Positions 1 to 12,430 of a stretch of 64,000 bases of DNA are shown here, piece after piece. A program made the translations under genes and the position numbers. The notes beneath the pieces were generated by a model. It did no database searches and was not told where the DNA came from. It saw nothing but the letters and a program-made list of their open reading frames with translations. The first letter of the stretch is position 1, and every line of letters starts with the position of its first letter. The DNA is taken from the NCBI GenBank assembly GCA_051294375.1, contig CM119268.1:19623934-19687933 (forward strand), in the 5' to 3' direction. Origin of the DNA: Paraspadella gotoi. Taxonomy: Eukaryota; Animalia; Chaetognatha.

Positions 1-136
1 GTAAAAAAGGTAGAATTATCTTCTCCCAATTCTCGACGTGATTGGTCCAGGCCCGCCAATCCAGGACCGCAGGGAAGAAGCTTGCATTTTGCGATCCAAA
101 ACGCGAAGGGGAACCGCGCGGCCCAACACAGATACA
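1..136. mobile_element. One end of an LTR (same family as the solo LTR at 31830-32281), inserted in a HINE-1 copy and cut by the window edge
   Basis: Closely matches ~32146-32281 and ends in ...CACAGATACA. HINE-1 sequence resumes immediately after (atgtccttaaaattgagtcagg). Confidence 0.75.
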
Positions 137-223
137 ATGTCCTTAAAATTGAGTCAGGACAGTTATTAAATGTTTTGTTTACATTTTATCAAAACAAACA
201 AATATCCTCTATTTTATTTTGTG

Positions 224-286
<63 letters not shown>

Positions 287-1068
287 TCTCTTTTATGCAA
301 TTGCGTCGATCCTTATGCTTTTAAGATTTTTTTTAACTTGCATCATTTTTTCAACTTGAATAATTTTTTCAACTTGCATTCCGTCAAAATTTTATATCTT
401 GCTTCTTCACTCACTTTCCTACCGGCTCACAAAATTTCATCTCAATCTATCATGGGTTAAAATAAATAAAAAGATTCAAGTAAATGTGACCCATATTTTT
501 TTTATTTAAACTCATTTCCACTGGTACGTTTCCACCGAAACTTTATATCAAGCTTCGTCACACATTTTCCTACCCACACACAAAATTTCAACTCAATCTA
601 TCCATCCAATTATGATTAATTAGAGTATTTATTGGTTAAAATAAGTAAAAAGATTTTAGTAAATGCGACTTATGTTTTTTCCATTTAAAGTAATTTCCAC
701 TCACACTCCAGCTTTATCACACACTTTCCTACCCACACACAAAATTTAATTCCAATCCAACCAGCCAATCACGAGTTATTGGAGCTTTTTGCTAAGGTGG
801 GACGGATGGACGGATTGATTGACTAATTAATTAATTATTGAATAATTTATTTACTAATTGATTAATTAACTGATTAATTATTTGATTTATTAATACATCC
901 TGCATATACATTTAATATAAAAAGAAAAAGAAGCATAATCAATTAGTGAGACAGGTTTTTTGTTTTTTTCCATTTAAACTCATTTCCACTCAAACTATTC
1001 CATCGAAACTTGATTTCCTGTTCAATCACACACTTTCCTACCTACATACAAAATTCCAGGTCAATCAG
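137..1068 (-). mobile_element. HINE-1 (Helentron-associated non-autonomous element), partial, reverse orientation
   Basis: Reverse complement of the 3' two-thirds of the complete copy at 29975-31129: ~150-bp subrepeats, (TTAA)-rich blocks and a (CT)n tract. Confidence 0.75.
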
Positions 1069-2179
1069 CCCGTCCGTCTGTCCGTCCGTCACACCTTAGC
1101 AAAAAACACCAATTACTTGTGATTGGATGAATGGATTTGAATGAAATTCTTTGTGTGGGTAGGGAAGTGTGTCATTGAGCTGGATATAAAGTTTCGATGG
1201 AATCGTCCGAGTGGAAATGAGTTTAAATGGAAAAAACAAAAAAATATAATTCACTATTTGAACACTAATTGCTCATGAGTGGATGGGGCGATTGACCTGG
1301 AATTTTGTATGTGAGTAGGAAAGTGTGTGATTGAACAGGAATCCAAGTTTCGATGGAATCGTTTGAGTGGAAATGAGTTTAAATGGAAAAAAACAAAACA
1401 CCTGTTTCACTAATTGATTATGATTTTATTTCCTTTTATATTAAATGTATATGCAGGATGTATTATTAAATCAAATAATTAATTAGTTAATTAATCAATT
1501 AGTCAATTAATTAATCACTAATTAATTAATCAGTCAATCAATCCGTCCATCCGTCCCACCTTAGCAAAAAGCCCCAATAACTCGTGATTGGCTGGTTGGA
1601 TCGGAATGAAATTTTGTGTATGGGTAGGAACATGTGTGATGAAGCTGGATATAAAGTTTCTACAGAATCGTGTGAGTGGATATGAGTTTAAATGGAAAAA
1701 AACATGTCGCATTTACTAAAATCTTTTTACTTATTTTAACCAATAAATACTCTAATTAATCATAATTGGATGGATAGATTGAGTTCAAATTTTGTGTGTT
1801 GGTAGGAAAATGTGTGACGAAGCTTGATATAAAGTTTCGGTACAAGTGGAAATGAGTTTAAATGAAAAAAATATGAGTCACATTTACTTGACTCTTTTTA
1901 CTTATTTTAACCCATAATAGATTGAGATGAAATTTTGTGAGCGGGAAGGAAAGTTTGTGAAGAAGCTAGATATAAAGTTTTGACGGAATTGTGCCAGTGG
2001 AAATGAGTTTAAATGAAAAAAATATAAGTCACATTTACTTTATTTTAAGGACATCGATGATGATAAGCTGTATATAAATTTATAATTAATTATATATTAC
2101 AAATAATTAATTAATAAATTAATCGATTAATTAATTAATTAATTAATTTTTGTAGGCATTGTTTGATCAAACTTGTTTA
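1069..2179 (+). mobile_element. HINE-1, 5'-truncated at the GTCC/GTCT microsatellite
   Basis: Starts with ccgtccgtctgtcc, has about five ~150-bp subrepeats, and ends with the 3' stem-loop cattgtttgatcaaacttgttt. Confidence 0.75.
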
Positions 2180-3038
2180 TTTGTTAACAAACTAGACAAA
2201 GTGCTGATACCAAAACAAAGTCAAATAATTTTACTCTTCAACTCATGTGGGTGAAAAAAACCTCTCAAAGACTCACCCGAAATAGAGATTTGCTTATAAC
2301 TTGAGAAAGAATAATTTTTGGAAACTGTTATCTTACATAAGACTTCGTAGCATTACTATGGAAATACTGAATATGTATTTATGCCCGTATGTTCCAGTGG
2401 CTTTTATCAGGTTTTAATTTTTTTTTTTGGATCACTGCGGGTGGGGGAGATTCTATGAGCGCGTTTTTGGAAAAATGTTTTCCGTTTCAAAGATATCAAG
2501 GAATTAATCACAAAAATTGACTAAAATAATCAAATTTTCGATGAAGGAAGGCAAATTTTGAAAGTATCTTTTCATAGAATTGGAGTTTGTGACCTAAAGG
2601 TAATTCATACCAAATCTTATGAGAAACCGCATTACTGTTTGGGCTGCAACTCTTCAAATAGGTTTCTTTTATTTTATATATTACCAAAAAAAATCGAAAA
2701 AACAATGACGCCTTTGAAAAAATAGTAAAGTTAATACATTTTCATAATCGACAGGAGCTCTCCTTCCGAAATCCGAGCTCGGTTTTAGCCTAATTATAAC
2801 TTGAATTGAGTGATCCCGGACCTTAACATTTGAATTATCAATCTGAAACACGTCATTTTTTTTCCAGATGACAACAACAACGAAGACGACGACACTGACG
2901 AAGACTACGACCATCATATCGTGATATTAATATAACTAATTAAAGTAATTAAAAGTAATTAAAAACTTTAACTCAAACAGCATCTCATTCAATGTCATCA
3001 AACATCCCTCTCCCCCATTCCATTCCCTCCAAACTCAC

Positions 3039-5662
3039 GTGTTCCCGATCTCCCTCAGTCCGTATTTGGAGACGTCGACGGAATTGTCGATGGGCGATCC
3101 TCCAATGGAGAGCACCTTCGACTCCGGGTTGTTGTCCGTGTGGAAGATCCAAATCGCCGGCTCCGGAGAGACGCACTCCAGCGGCACCGTCGACCCCACT
3201 AGCGCCGCCACCATCCGCGACCGACTCGAGGATCCTTTGGCCGCTTTTAGGGAAGAAGTGACGTCGCGAGCGGGTCGCTGGAGCGGCTGTTGGAGCTGGG
3301 GAGAGCTTTGATGAAGCCGTTCGAGGCGCCGGTGCGAACGGCGATGATCGGCGTCGAAATATCGGCGCCGGAGGTCGGCGTCTGCGGCGTCGCGAGCGGA
3401 AATGGCGCCGGTAGAGACCGTCGGTGGCGCCGACGAAGCCGAGGCGCCGACGAAAAGGGAGATGATGATGAGGAGGAGTAGCGGCGAGAGGAACGGCGAG
3501 AGGAGCGATGGTAATTTACATCCGGGCGAAGGGCGTTTGTTGACAGAGGAAGGAAGGGAGGAAGAAGGGGAAAGAAAAAGCGACGGAGGAGAGGAAAGAA
3601 ATCTGGAGACCGAAAGAAAAAAATGAGAGGACATTTGGGAGAAAACGCGAATCGAAAAAAATGGAAAGGAGGAAGGAAGGGATAAAAATCGAGAAGGGAC
3701 GGATAAAATGAAAGAGGGGACGGATAAAAACGAGAGGAGAAGAGATAAGAAAAAGAAAAGGGGAGATAAAAAAGAGAGAAGAGGGAGGAGGAGGAGGAGG
3801 AGGAGGAGGTAAGATAAAAAATGAAGAAAAGAAGAGGAAAAGGAAAAACTGGTTAATCTTTTAAACCCGTCGAGGTTCTGTGACAACATACAGGAGGAGG
3901 AGGAGGAGGAGGAGGAGGAGGAGTGCAATGGATCCTTTGACGACGCTGAAAGGGCGGAAGTGATCGATGCCGAGACGAAGGGGGAGAAAATTACAGTCGA
4001 CGTCGCCGATTCAAATCCGCCAGTTGTTGTTGTTGTTAATGTTGTTGTTGTTGTTGTTGATGTCGCTCTTGATGGTGATGATTTTACTGACGATGTTGTT
4101 GTTGGTGGTGTTTTCGTTGATGTTGATATTTTTAACGTCAAATCTGACGTCAACGATTCGATTTCGACGTAATCCGACGAAGATGTAATTTCCCCATTGA
4201 CGATGGCGTCGCTAACGTCACTTCCGGTTTCTCCAAATCTGCCGACGGCGTCATTTTTGGCGGCGTCGATATTGCGGGCGTGGCCGGCGTCATCAAAGTC
4301 TTCTCGTTCGGCGCCCTTTTCGTCTTTGGTCGACGGTAAACGCCTGAGGCGAAGAGGAGGCGCGCCGGAAAACGGAGATGGAGGCGGGAAGAAGAGGGGG
4401 GCGTGGTGGAGAGTTGCGAAATATGAGGAGGAGTTTGGGGTGAAAACGGAGGCGGCGTTCGAATCATCGATGGAAGGAAGAAGAAGGACGCGAGTCAAGA
4501 TTTCGAGGGAGAGATGATCCTTGGAGATCGAAAGACAACGACAAGAACAACAACAACAATGACGAACCCAAAAATAGCCACAGCTACGACGGAGGCGAGT
4601 GGAGGAGGAGGAGGAGGAGGAGGAGGAGGAGAATGAAAAAAGAAGATTAACCAAAGAGATTGGGCCGTCGTCCAGGCCGCCATAATTCTTTTCGCCGCTG
4701 ACGACGTCGACGATGACGACGACGACGGTGAAAGGTTTTCTTCGTCGGCATCGTCTCAGCGTGGTGTCGTCTTTGTCGTCGTCGTCTTCGTCGNNNNNNN
4801 NNNCGTCGTCGCTGAGACCTAATTTCGTCTTCCTTTGATCTTTCTTCCTATTTTCGCTGAGATTTTCCTCTTTGTGGCGAATCTTCGTCGTCGTCGTCGT
4901 CGTTGTCGTCGTCGTCGTCGTCCTTTTTGTCACAAGTAAAATCTTAGTTTTAATGAAATCCCCGCTGATCGTCCGAAATTCTACGAATCTGAAATCTGAC
5001 TTTAAAGTCCAAATGAAACCATCAATGATGTGGTAGTTGCAAGAGTGGCTGTCGTCGTTGTATTTTTTGATGTTGAGGTTATTTTCGTCGACGACCGATT
5101 GCAGACTCTGTGGATCTCCTTCGAGATCGGAGTTGGAAGATGTGGGAAGGAAGGATTGAGGTTGGGAGGTGGTTGAAGAATGGGTGGGTAGGGTGGTTTG
5201 ATAGACTGTGGTGGTTGGAAAGTGGCAGGAAAAAAAGGTTGAAGGTTTTAATGTTATATCCCGCCAGTCCGCGATGGCGCTTACGTTGACGTCGACATCG
5301 CCGTTGACGTCATATTCGGCGTTCTCGTTGGCGTAGCTTTTGGCGTCGACGTTGGCGTAGAATTTGGCCTTGGCGTCGGAAAAAAATCCTCGTTTCCGGC
5401 GCCGACGACGCAGAAGGGAAATCCGTCGCCGGTGATTCATCCAAGTTTGAAAAGAGGAAAAGGACAACGACGACGAGGACGAAGAAGAAGAAGAAGAAGA
5501 AGAAGAAGAAGAAGAAGAAGAAGAAGAAGAAGAAGAAGAAGAAGAAGAAGAAGAAGAAGAAGAAGAAGAAGAAGAAAAAGAAGAGGAAGAAGAGGAAGAA
5601 GACGTCAACGATTTTATATCTTTTCGACATTTGTCGCCGAAATCCCTTCGTCGATCCTTCAT
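3039..5662 (-). CDS. First coding exon of an immunoglobulin-superfamily cell-surface or secreted protein (N-terminal half of a V/I-set Ig domain; IgLON/DIP/Dpr/lachesin-like motif pattern)
   Basis: The ORF ends VAALVGSTVPLEC..AIW..KVLSIG..KYGL..IGNT (B-strand Cys at 3173-3175, C-strand Trp). The apparent TGA lies inside a canonical donor AC|GTGAGT at 3038 (phase 2). Hydrophobic LLSPFLSPLLLLIIISLFVGASA precedes the domain. ATG 5662 has aaacaaacaATG context; an alternative start is ATG 3634. The Ig part is more secure than the N-terminal extent. Confidence 0.7.
5481..5602. repeat. (GAA)n microsatellite, read as poly-Ser in the minus-strand ORF
   Basis: Direct observation. Confidence 0.95.
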
Positions 5663-5738
5663 TGTTTGTTTACTTTTTTTGTTTAGATCAGAATTTGTGA
5701 CGAAGTAAAATAATTTTTCTTAGCAGCGTGAAAAAAAA

Positions 5739-5760
5739 TCTGCACAAAAAAAAGAAAAAG
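5739..5760 (-). other. 3' splice acceptor of the large exon (exon starts at 5739)
   Basis: Minus strand reads ctttttcttttttttgtgcag|att, a polypyrimidine tract plus CAG, 77 nt upstream of the ATG. Confidence 0.6.
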
Positions 5761-5989
5761 GTTTAATTTTTTTTATAATTTGTTTTAAACATAAAAATGA
5801 TGAAAATATTTTTCTCCATCTTGTTTTTTTAAAATTTTACTCAATCTGTTTGCACAATAAAAATAAAAAGGCTTTTGCGAAAAGGTAAATACGGAGAAAA
5901 AAAAGGAAAACAAAAAAAAAAGAAAACCATCAACGTCACCAACAGTAAAAAGGAAAACGACGGTGGACGACGCCCTTTGCAACGCGAGT

Positions 5990-6475
5990 TGAAACGGCGA
6001 ATGGAAAGGCGAATGGAAAGGCGAATGGAATAGAGAAGGGAACGGCGAATGGAATAGAGAAGGGAACGCCGAATGGAATGGCAAATGGAAAGGGAAGAGC
6101 GAATGAAATGGGTAAAACAACAGCGAATAAAATAGCAAAGGGAATGGAAAATGGAATAGCGAAAAGAACGGCGAATGGAATAGGAATGGAACGTCGAATA
6201 GAACTGCAAATGGAATAGGGAAGGGAACGGCGAATGGAACGGCGAATGGAATAGGGAAGGGAATGGCAAATGGAATAGAGAAGGGAACGGTGATTGGAAT
6301 AGCGAATTGAACGGCGAATGGAATAGCGAAGTGAACGGCAAATGGAACGGTGAATGGAACGGCGAATGGAATAGGGAAGGGAATGGAAAATGGAATAGAG
6401 AAGGGAATGGTGATTGGAATAGTGAATTGAACGGCGAATAGGATAGCGAAAGGAACGGAGAATGGAACGGCGACA
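5990..6475. repeat. 12-bp minisatellite (GAACGGCGAATG/GAATAGGGAAGG variants) with a 120-bp higher-order duplication
   Basis: 12-bp periodicity; the block starting at ~6236 recurs at ~6356. Confidence 0.85.
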
Positions 6476-6978
6476 TATAATTAAAAGAGAGAGAGAGAGA
6501 GAAGCTTGACAGCCGCTGGACAGCCGCTGGACAGCCGCTGCAGAGGTTTTTACACAGCTTTTTGTAAGGAAACCAAATCTGATCTTAAAATTTTAAAATT
6601 TGCATTTTTAAATTTTAGTCTATTATATACTTATTAGTTATTACTATATATGAATATAGCTCACTGGTGCCCACAAATGTAAAAAATTAATTAATTTTAT
6701 GTTCATGTTTTATATGCTAAATTTTAATTTTATAAAATTTTAGAAGACAGCCGCTGCAGAGAAAAAGAGAGAGAGAAAGAGCGATATATAATAATGTAAA
6801 AGAAGAGAGAGAGAGAGAAGCTCCACAGCCCCTTTACTCTGTTAAGAAATCAGCAGTACCTTTGGCGCCAGACGTAGCGTGAACTCTTCTCTAGCCAAGG
6901 ACCCGGGTTCGCACCCTGTTCGCGGCATCGTTTTTTTACATTAGTGAGCCCTCATTATATCTAAAAAATTAAAAAAAA

Positions 6979-7011
<33 letters not shown>

Positions 7012-7360
7012 AGAGAAGCTGGACAGACGCTGCAGAGCCGGAACTCGTTTTTAGACAAATCAGCAGAAGCATGACGGAGAAAAAGAGAGAGGAGAGCGAC
7101 ATATATTTAAAAGAAAGAGAGAGAGAGAGAGAGCGACATATAATTAAAACCGTTTTTGTTTTGTAAATAAAACATAAACAAATACGAATATTGATATGAA
7201 ACATGAGAATTTTAAAGATCTTGATGATTAGAAGCCATATATAAAATTCAACTTCCTATGATATCACACTTTCAGAAGCCATGATTGCAAAAAAGCGTGA
7301 CCGAAAGCTAACCGAATCAAAATCTAGCCAGGACGGCTTTGCCCGCCTGGCTCGATAAAA
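6476..7360 (-). mobile_element. HINE-2b subfamily, 5' portion
   Basis: Minus-strand 5' end reads ttttATCGAGCCaggcgggcaaagccgtcctGGCTAGAT (subTIR plus hairpin). Homologous to ~16300-16900. Confidence 0.65.
6853..6937 (+). other. Degenerate tRNA-like (Pol III A/B box) segment inside HINE-2b
   Basis: A-box-like TGGCGCCAGACG, B-box GGTTCGCACCC, then a T-run. A second copy lies at ~16405-16490. Confidence 0.5.
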
Positions 7361-8141
7361 GCCACTAGCTTCTTTTTCTATCGCGGCTTCCTAATCATAT
7401 AAAATTCCGTGATTAAAGATAGAAATGGGTCGCTTTTCAAAAAAAGAGAGTCATTCTCTCTTTCCTTATTTTTTGAAAACATGGCGCCTTCCCTCCTTTT
7501 CCTTGGTCTTCCTTCTTCCTCCCTCCATCGGCCTCACCCCGTAAGACCCTTTCCCTTTTTTTTATTTAGTTTGTTCTTTTGTTTCGTTTGACCATCATTA
7601 GGTCACTGACTCGAATTGGGCGTGGCTTTCTTCTGATGAGTCGAGGTCTCCCCCTAGCTGTCGTCGTCGTTGTCTTAAACTTTACCATCATCGTCATTCG
7701 TCATCAAAATGAAGACTGGGAAATTGTCGTTATCGTTGTCATTGTCGTTGACATCGTCGTGAGTTTCATTAATGTCGTTAGCGTCTTTATAACCTATCAA
7801 TATAGTTAATGTCATTACCAGGTGAAGTTGTTACTATCTTTGCCGTTGCAATTTCATTATCGTCGTCAATAACAATTGTTCAATGTCTTCAACATCATCA
7901 ATGTGATCGTCGTCGATTGTCATCCATGTCGTCGTCTTATCGTCGTCGTCGTTATCGTTGTCGTCTTCTTCATCGTCGTCTTTTTTGTCGTCGTCGTCAT
8001 AGTCGTCGTCATCTAACCGTCGTCTTTCATCATCGTCATCATCGTCGTCGTCCACATCGGACTTCGTCTTCATCGTCGTCGTCCACGTCGTCATCGTCGT
8101 CATCATCGTCGTCCTCATCGTCGAGGGAGAAGAGTTAATCA

Positions 8142-9180
8142 ATGGACGAAAACGACGCTCGAGAGAAAGCAAGATAAAAGTAAAATAAGTGTGAATAAAA
8201 GTGAAGCCACAGGCTAAGGCGAGGTGAAAGCAAAAGCGAAGGCAAAAAGCAAAGGCAGAGGTGGATGCAAAGGCGAAGGCAAAGGTGAAGGCGAAGAAAA
8301 GGCGAAGGCAAAGGCGGAGGCAAAGGCGGAGGAAAGGCGAAAGCAAAAGTGAAGGCAAAAGCAATGGCGAAAGCCAAGGCGGATGCAAAGGCAAAGGCGG
8401 AGGCAAAGGCGGAGGAAAAGTCGAATGCAAAGGGAAAGGCAAAGGCGGATGTGAAGGCAAAAGCAAAGGCGGATGCGAAGGTAAAGGCAGAGGCGAAGGC
8501 GAAGGCAAACGCAGAGCAAGGTGAAGTCGGAGGCAAAGAAAAGTGGAGGTGATTCAAATACCTTTGGCCTTTTACCTTTGCTTTTGCATTTTCATTCGAA
8601 TCCACCTCCGCCTCACCTTTTCTTTGCCTTCGCCTTGCCTCCGCCTTGCCTTCACATCTGCCTTTGCCTTTGCCTTCGCATCCAAATTTGCATTTGCCTT
8701 TGCATTCAATTTTGCTCCACCTCTGTTTTTCGCTAATGCAGAGTCAAAGGTGGAGGAGAAGGTGAAAGCAAAAGGGAAGGTGAATGCAAAGGCGGAGGCG
8801 GTTGCAAAGGCGGAGGCAAATGCAAATGCAGAGGTAAAGGCAAAGGCAAATGTAAAAGCCAAAGGTAAAGGCAGATGTGAAGGCAAAAGCGGAGGCAAAG
8901 GCAAAGGCGATGCAAATGCAAAGGTGAAGGCAAAAGCAAAGGTGGAGCCAAAGGCGGAGGAGAATGTTAAAGTGAAAGAAAAGACTAAAGCAAAGGTGAA
9001 TGTGAAGGCAAAGGAAAGGCAAATGTGCAAGCAAAGGCGGAGGCGAATGCGAAGGCAAAGGCGGAGGAAAAGGTGAGGCAAGGTGGAGGCGGTAAGAAGG
9101 CGAAGGCAAAGGTGAAAGCAAAGGCGGAATGCGAAGGCAAAGGCGAAGCGGAGGCAAAGGCAAAGGCGAAGGTGGAGTAG
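8142..9180 (+). repeat. Degenerate hexamer array (GCAAAG/GCGGAG/GTGAAG) with internal inversion, copy A
   Basis: Reads as Ala/Val-Lys/Glu dipeptides. Segment ~8560-8732 is the reverse complement of the same repeat. Many indels relative to copy B. Confidence 0.85.
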
Positions 9181-9523
9181 AGGCGATTGGTCAGTTCGAT
9201 GAGCGAGTGAGTCAATCGGTGACCGCGTTAGTGGGTAGAAGCTGAGATTGGTCAATTGGTCAGGTAGAAAAAAGTCATCACATTTTTTAACATAAATTTT
9301 TAATTGAAAATATTATCGAGAATTTAAAACTTTTTTTTTTTGCTTGAAAAAATGTAAAATGATAGTTTTAATGTGTTTTTAGTCGGATCTGCTTATCAGC
9401 AGGTCGGGACTCTAATAATTCACTTTGTAGGTCCGTCGGTCCGCCCCTCAATATTGTCGGCACTAACTTATATCATTCAGAACATCGAATTATGATAAAT
9501 TATGCAAAAAAAGATGTCCGTCC

Positions 9524-9590
<67 letters not shown>

Positions 9591-10304
9591 CGTCCCACCT
9601 AGCAAAAACACCAATTACTCGTGATTGGATGGATGGATTTAAATGAAATTTTGTGTGTGGATAGGTAAGTGTGTGATTGAGCTGGATATGAAGTTTCGAT
9701 GGAATCGTCCGAGTGGAAATGAGTTTAAATTTGAAAAAAAAATTATTACTATTTGAACACCAATTGCTCATGAGTGGATGGGCTGATTGACCTGGAATTT
9801 TGTATGTGAGTAGGAAAGTGTGTGATTGAACAGGAAATAAGTTTCGATGGAATAGTTTGAGTGAAATGAGTTTAAATGGAAAAAACAAAAAACCTGTTTT
9901 ACTAATTGGATTATGCTTCTTTTTCCTTTTATATTAAATGTATATGCAGGATGTATTAATAAATCTGAAATCAATAATCAATTCATTACATCATATAAAT
10001 ACAATTACATCAATCAATTAGTATTATCAATCAATTACTATTACATCATAATTCGTTATCGCATGATTCATTCGTTTTTTTTTAACGGGTTTTTTCATGT
10101 AATTTTCTTTGATAGTGGGCCTCTGGCTCGATCTTGAGTCTTTTAAGATTTTTTCTATATTTTTATATCGATAGATGTGGATTGACGGGAATATGTTAAT
10201 CTCAAGTTTCGCTCAAGTTCTCTCTCTTTTTCTCCGTCACTGGCTTCTTCTGATTTGTCTAAAAAACGAGTTCCCGGCTCTGCAGCGTCTGTCCAGCTTC
10301 TTGT

Positions 10305-10344
<40 letters not shown>

Positions 10345-10649
10345 CCAAAAAAAAAATTATATATATTTTATGGGCTCACCATGTTGAAGACGAGGCCCGC
10401 GAGCAGTTCACCGTCCGTTTCTCCCTTTTTTTACCCATTTTTTTCTTTGCGTTTCTTGTGTGAATCAGCCGGAGCCGGAGCCATAGGAACAGCGTTTTTT
10501 GGACGAAGAACGGGGCTGTTCAGTAGAGTGATGCGAAAATGATNNNNNNNNNNNNNNNNNNNNNNNNNAGGGAGAAACGGACGGTGAACTGCTCGCGGCC
10601 TCGTCTTCTACATTGGTGAGCCCATAAAATATATATAATTTTTTTTTTG

Positions 10650-10688
<39 letters not shown>

Positions 10689-11103
10689 AGCTGGACAGAC
10701 GCTGCAGAGCCGGAACTCGTTTTTTAGACAAATCAGAAGAAGCAGTGACGGAGAAAAAGAGAGAGAACTTGAGCGAAACTTGAGATTAACAATATTCCCG
10801 TCAATCCACATCTATCGATATAAAAATATAAGAAAAAATCTTAAAAGACTCAAGATCGAGCCAGAGCCCACTATCAAAGAAAATTAATGAAAAAACCCGT
10901 TAAAAAAAAACGAATGAATCATGCGATAACGAATTATTGATGTAATAGTAATTGATTGAGGTAATACTAATTGATTGATGTAATAGTAATTTATTGATGT
11001 AATAGGAATTGATTATTGATTCGATAATAATCAATTATTGTTGCGATGATAGTCATTCACTGCTGTGATGATAGTCTGTATAAAATTGAATAGTTTATAT
11101 GTG

Positions 11104-11269
11104 TTTTTGTCGGATCTGCTTATCAGCAGGTCGGGACTCTATAATTCACTTTGTAGGTCCGTCGGTCCGCCCCCTCAATATTGTCGGGCACTAACTTATA
11201 TCATGTCAGAACATCGAATTATGATAAATTATGCAAAAAAAAGATGTCGTCCGTCCGTCTGTCTGTCTG

Positions 11270-11323
<54 letters not shown>

Positions 11324-12430
11324 CGTCCCACCTTAGCAAAAAAACCAATTACTCGTGATTGGATGGATGGATTTAAATGAAATTTTGTGTGTGGATAGGT
11401 AAGTGTGTGATTGAGCTGGATATGAAGTTTTCGATGGAATCGTCCGAGTGGGAAATGAGTTTAAATTTGAAAAAAAATTATATTCACTATTTGAACACCA
11501 ATTGCTCATGAGTGGATGGGCTGATTGACCTGGAATTTTGTATGTGAGTAGGAAAGTGTGTGATTGAACAGGAAATCAAGTTTCGATGGAATAGTTTGAG
11601 TGGAAATGAGTTTAAATGGAAAAAAACAAAAAAACCTGTTTTACTAATTGATTATGCTTCTTTCTTTTATATTAAATGTATATGCAGGATGTATTAATAA
11701 ATCAAATTAATTAATCAGTTAATTAATCAATTTAGTAAATAATTAATCAATAATTAATTAATAGTCAATCAATCCTCCATCCGTCCCATCTTAGCAAAAA
11801 GCTCCAATAACTCGTGATTGGCTGGTTGGATTGGAATTAAATTTTGTGTGTGGGTTGGAAGTGTGTGATAAAGCTGGATATAAAGTTTCATGGAATCGTG
11901 TGAGTGGAAATTAGTTTAAATGGAAAAAACATAAGTGCGAATTTACTAAAATTTTTTACTTATTTTAACCAATAAATACTCTAATTAATCATAATTGGAA
12001 TGGATAGATTGAGTAGAAATTTTTGTTGTGGGTAGGAAAATGTGAGACGAAGCTTGATATAAAGTTTTCAGTTGGAAACGTACCAGTGGAAATGAGTTTA
12101 AAATGAAAAAAAATATGAGTCACATTTACTTGAATCTTTTTATTTATTTTAACCCATGATAGATTGAGATGAAATTTTGTGAGCCGGTAGGAAAGTGAGT
12201 GAAGAAGCTAGATATAAAGTTTTGACGGAATGCAAGTTTGAAAAAATTATGCAAGTTGAAAAAATGATGCAAGTTAAAAAAATCTTAAAAGACATTAAGG
12301 AATCGTCGCTATTGCATAAAAAGAGAGAGAGAGAGAGAGAGAGAAGAGAGTGAGAGAGAGAGAGAGAGTGACGAGAGAAAGAAGGATGAGAGAGAGAGAG
12401 AAGAGAGAGAGAAGAGACCATAAATTAAAA
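11104..12430 (+). mobile_element. HINE-1 copy (probably a redundant assembly of the 14461 copy)
   Basis: 5' subTIR GTCGGATCTGC, (GTCT)n and subrepeats. Its upstream flank resembles those of the 9376 and 14461 copies. Confidence 0.7.

Noticed and set aside
5785-6476. ORFs with FHSP/FPSL repeats (117 and 211 aa)
   Set aside because: They translate a 12-bp minisatellite lying just upstream of the splice acceptor, and nothing else supports coding.
7660-8130. Poly-Asp/Val/Ser ORFs (also 12730-13200)
   Set aside because: A degenerate (GTC/ATC)n tract is open in several frames on both strands, and the frames differ between the duplicate copies.
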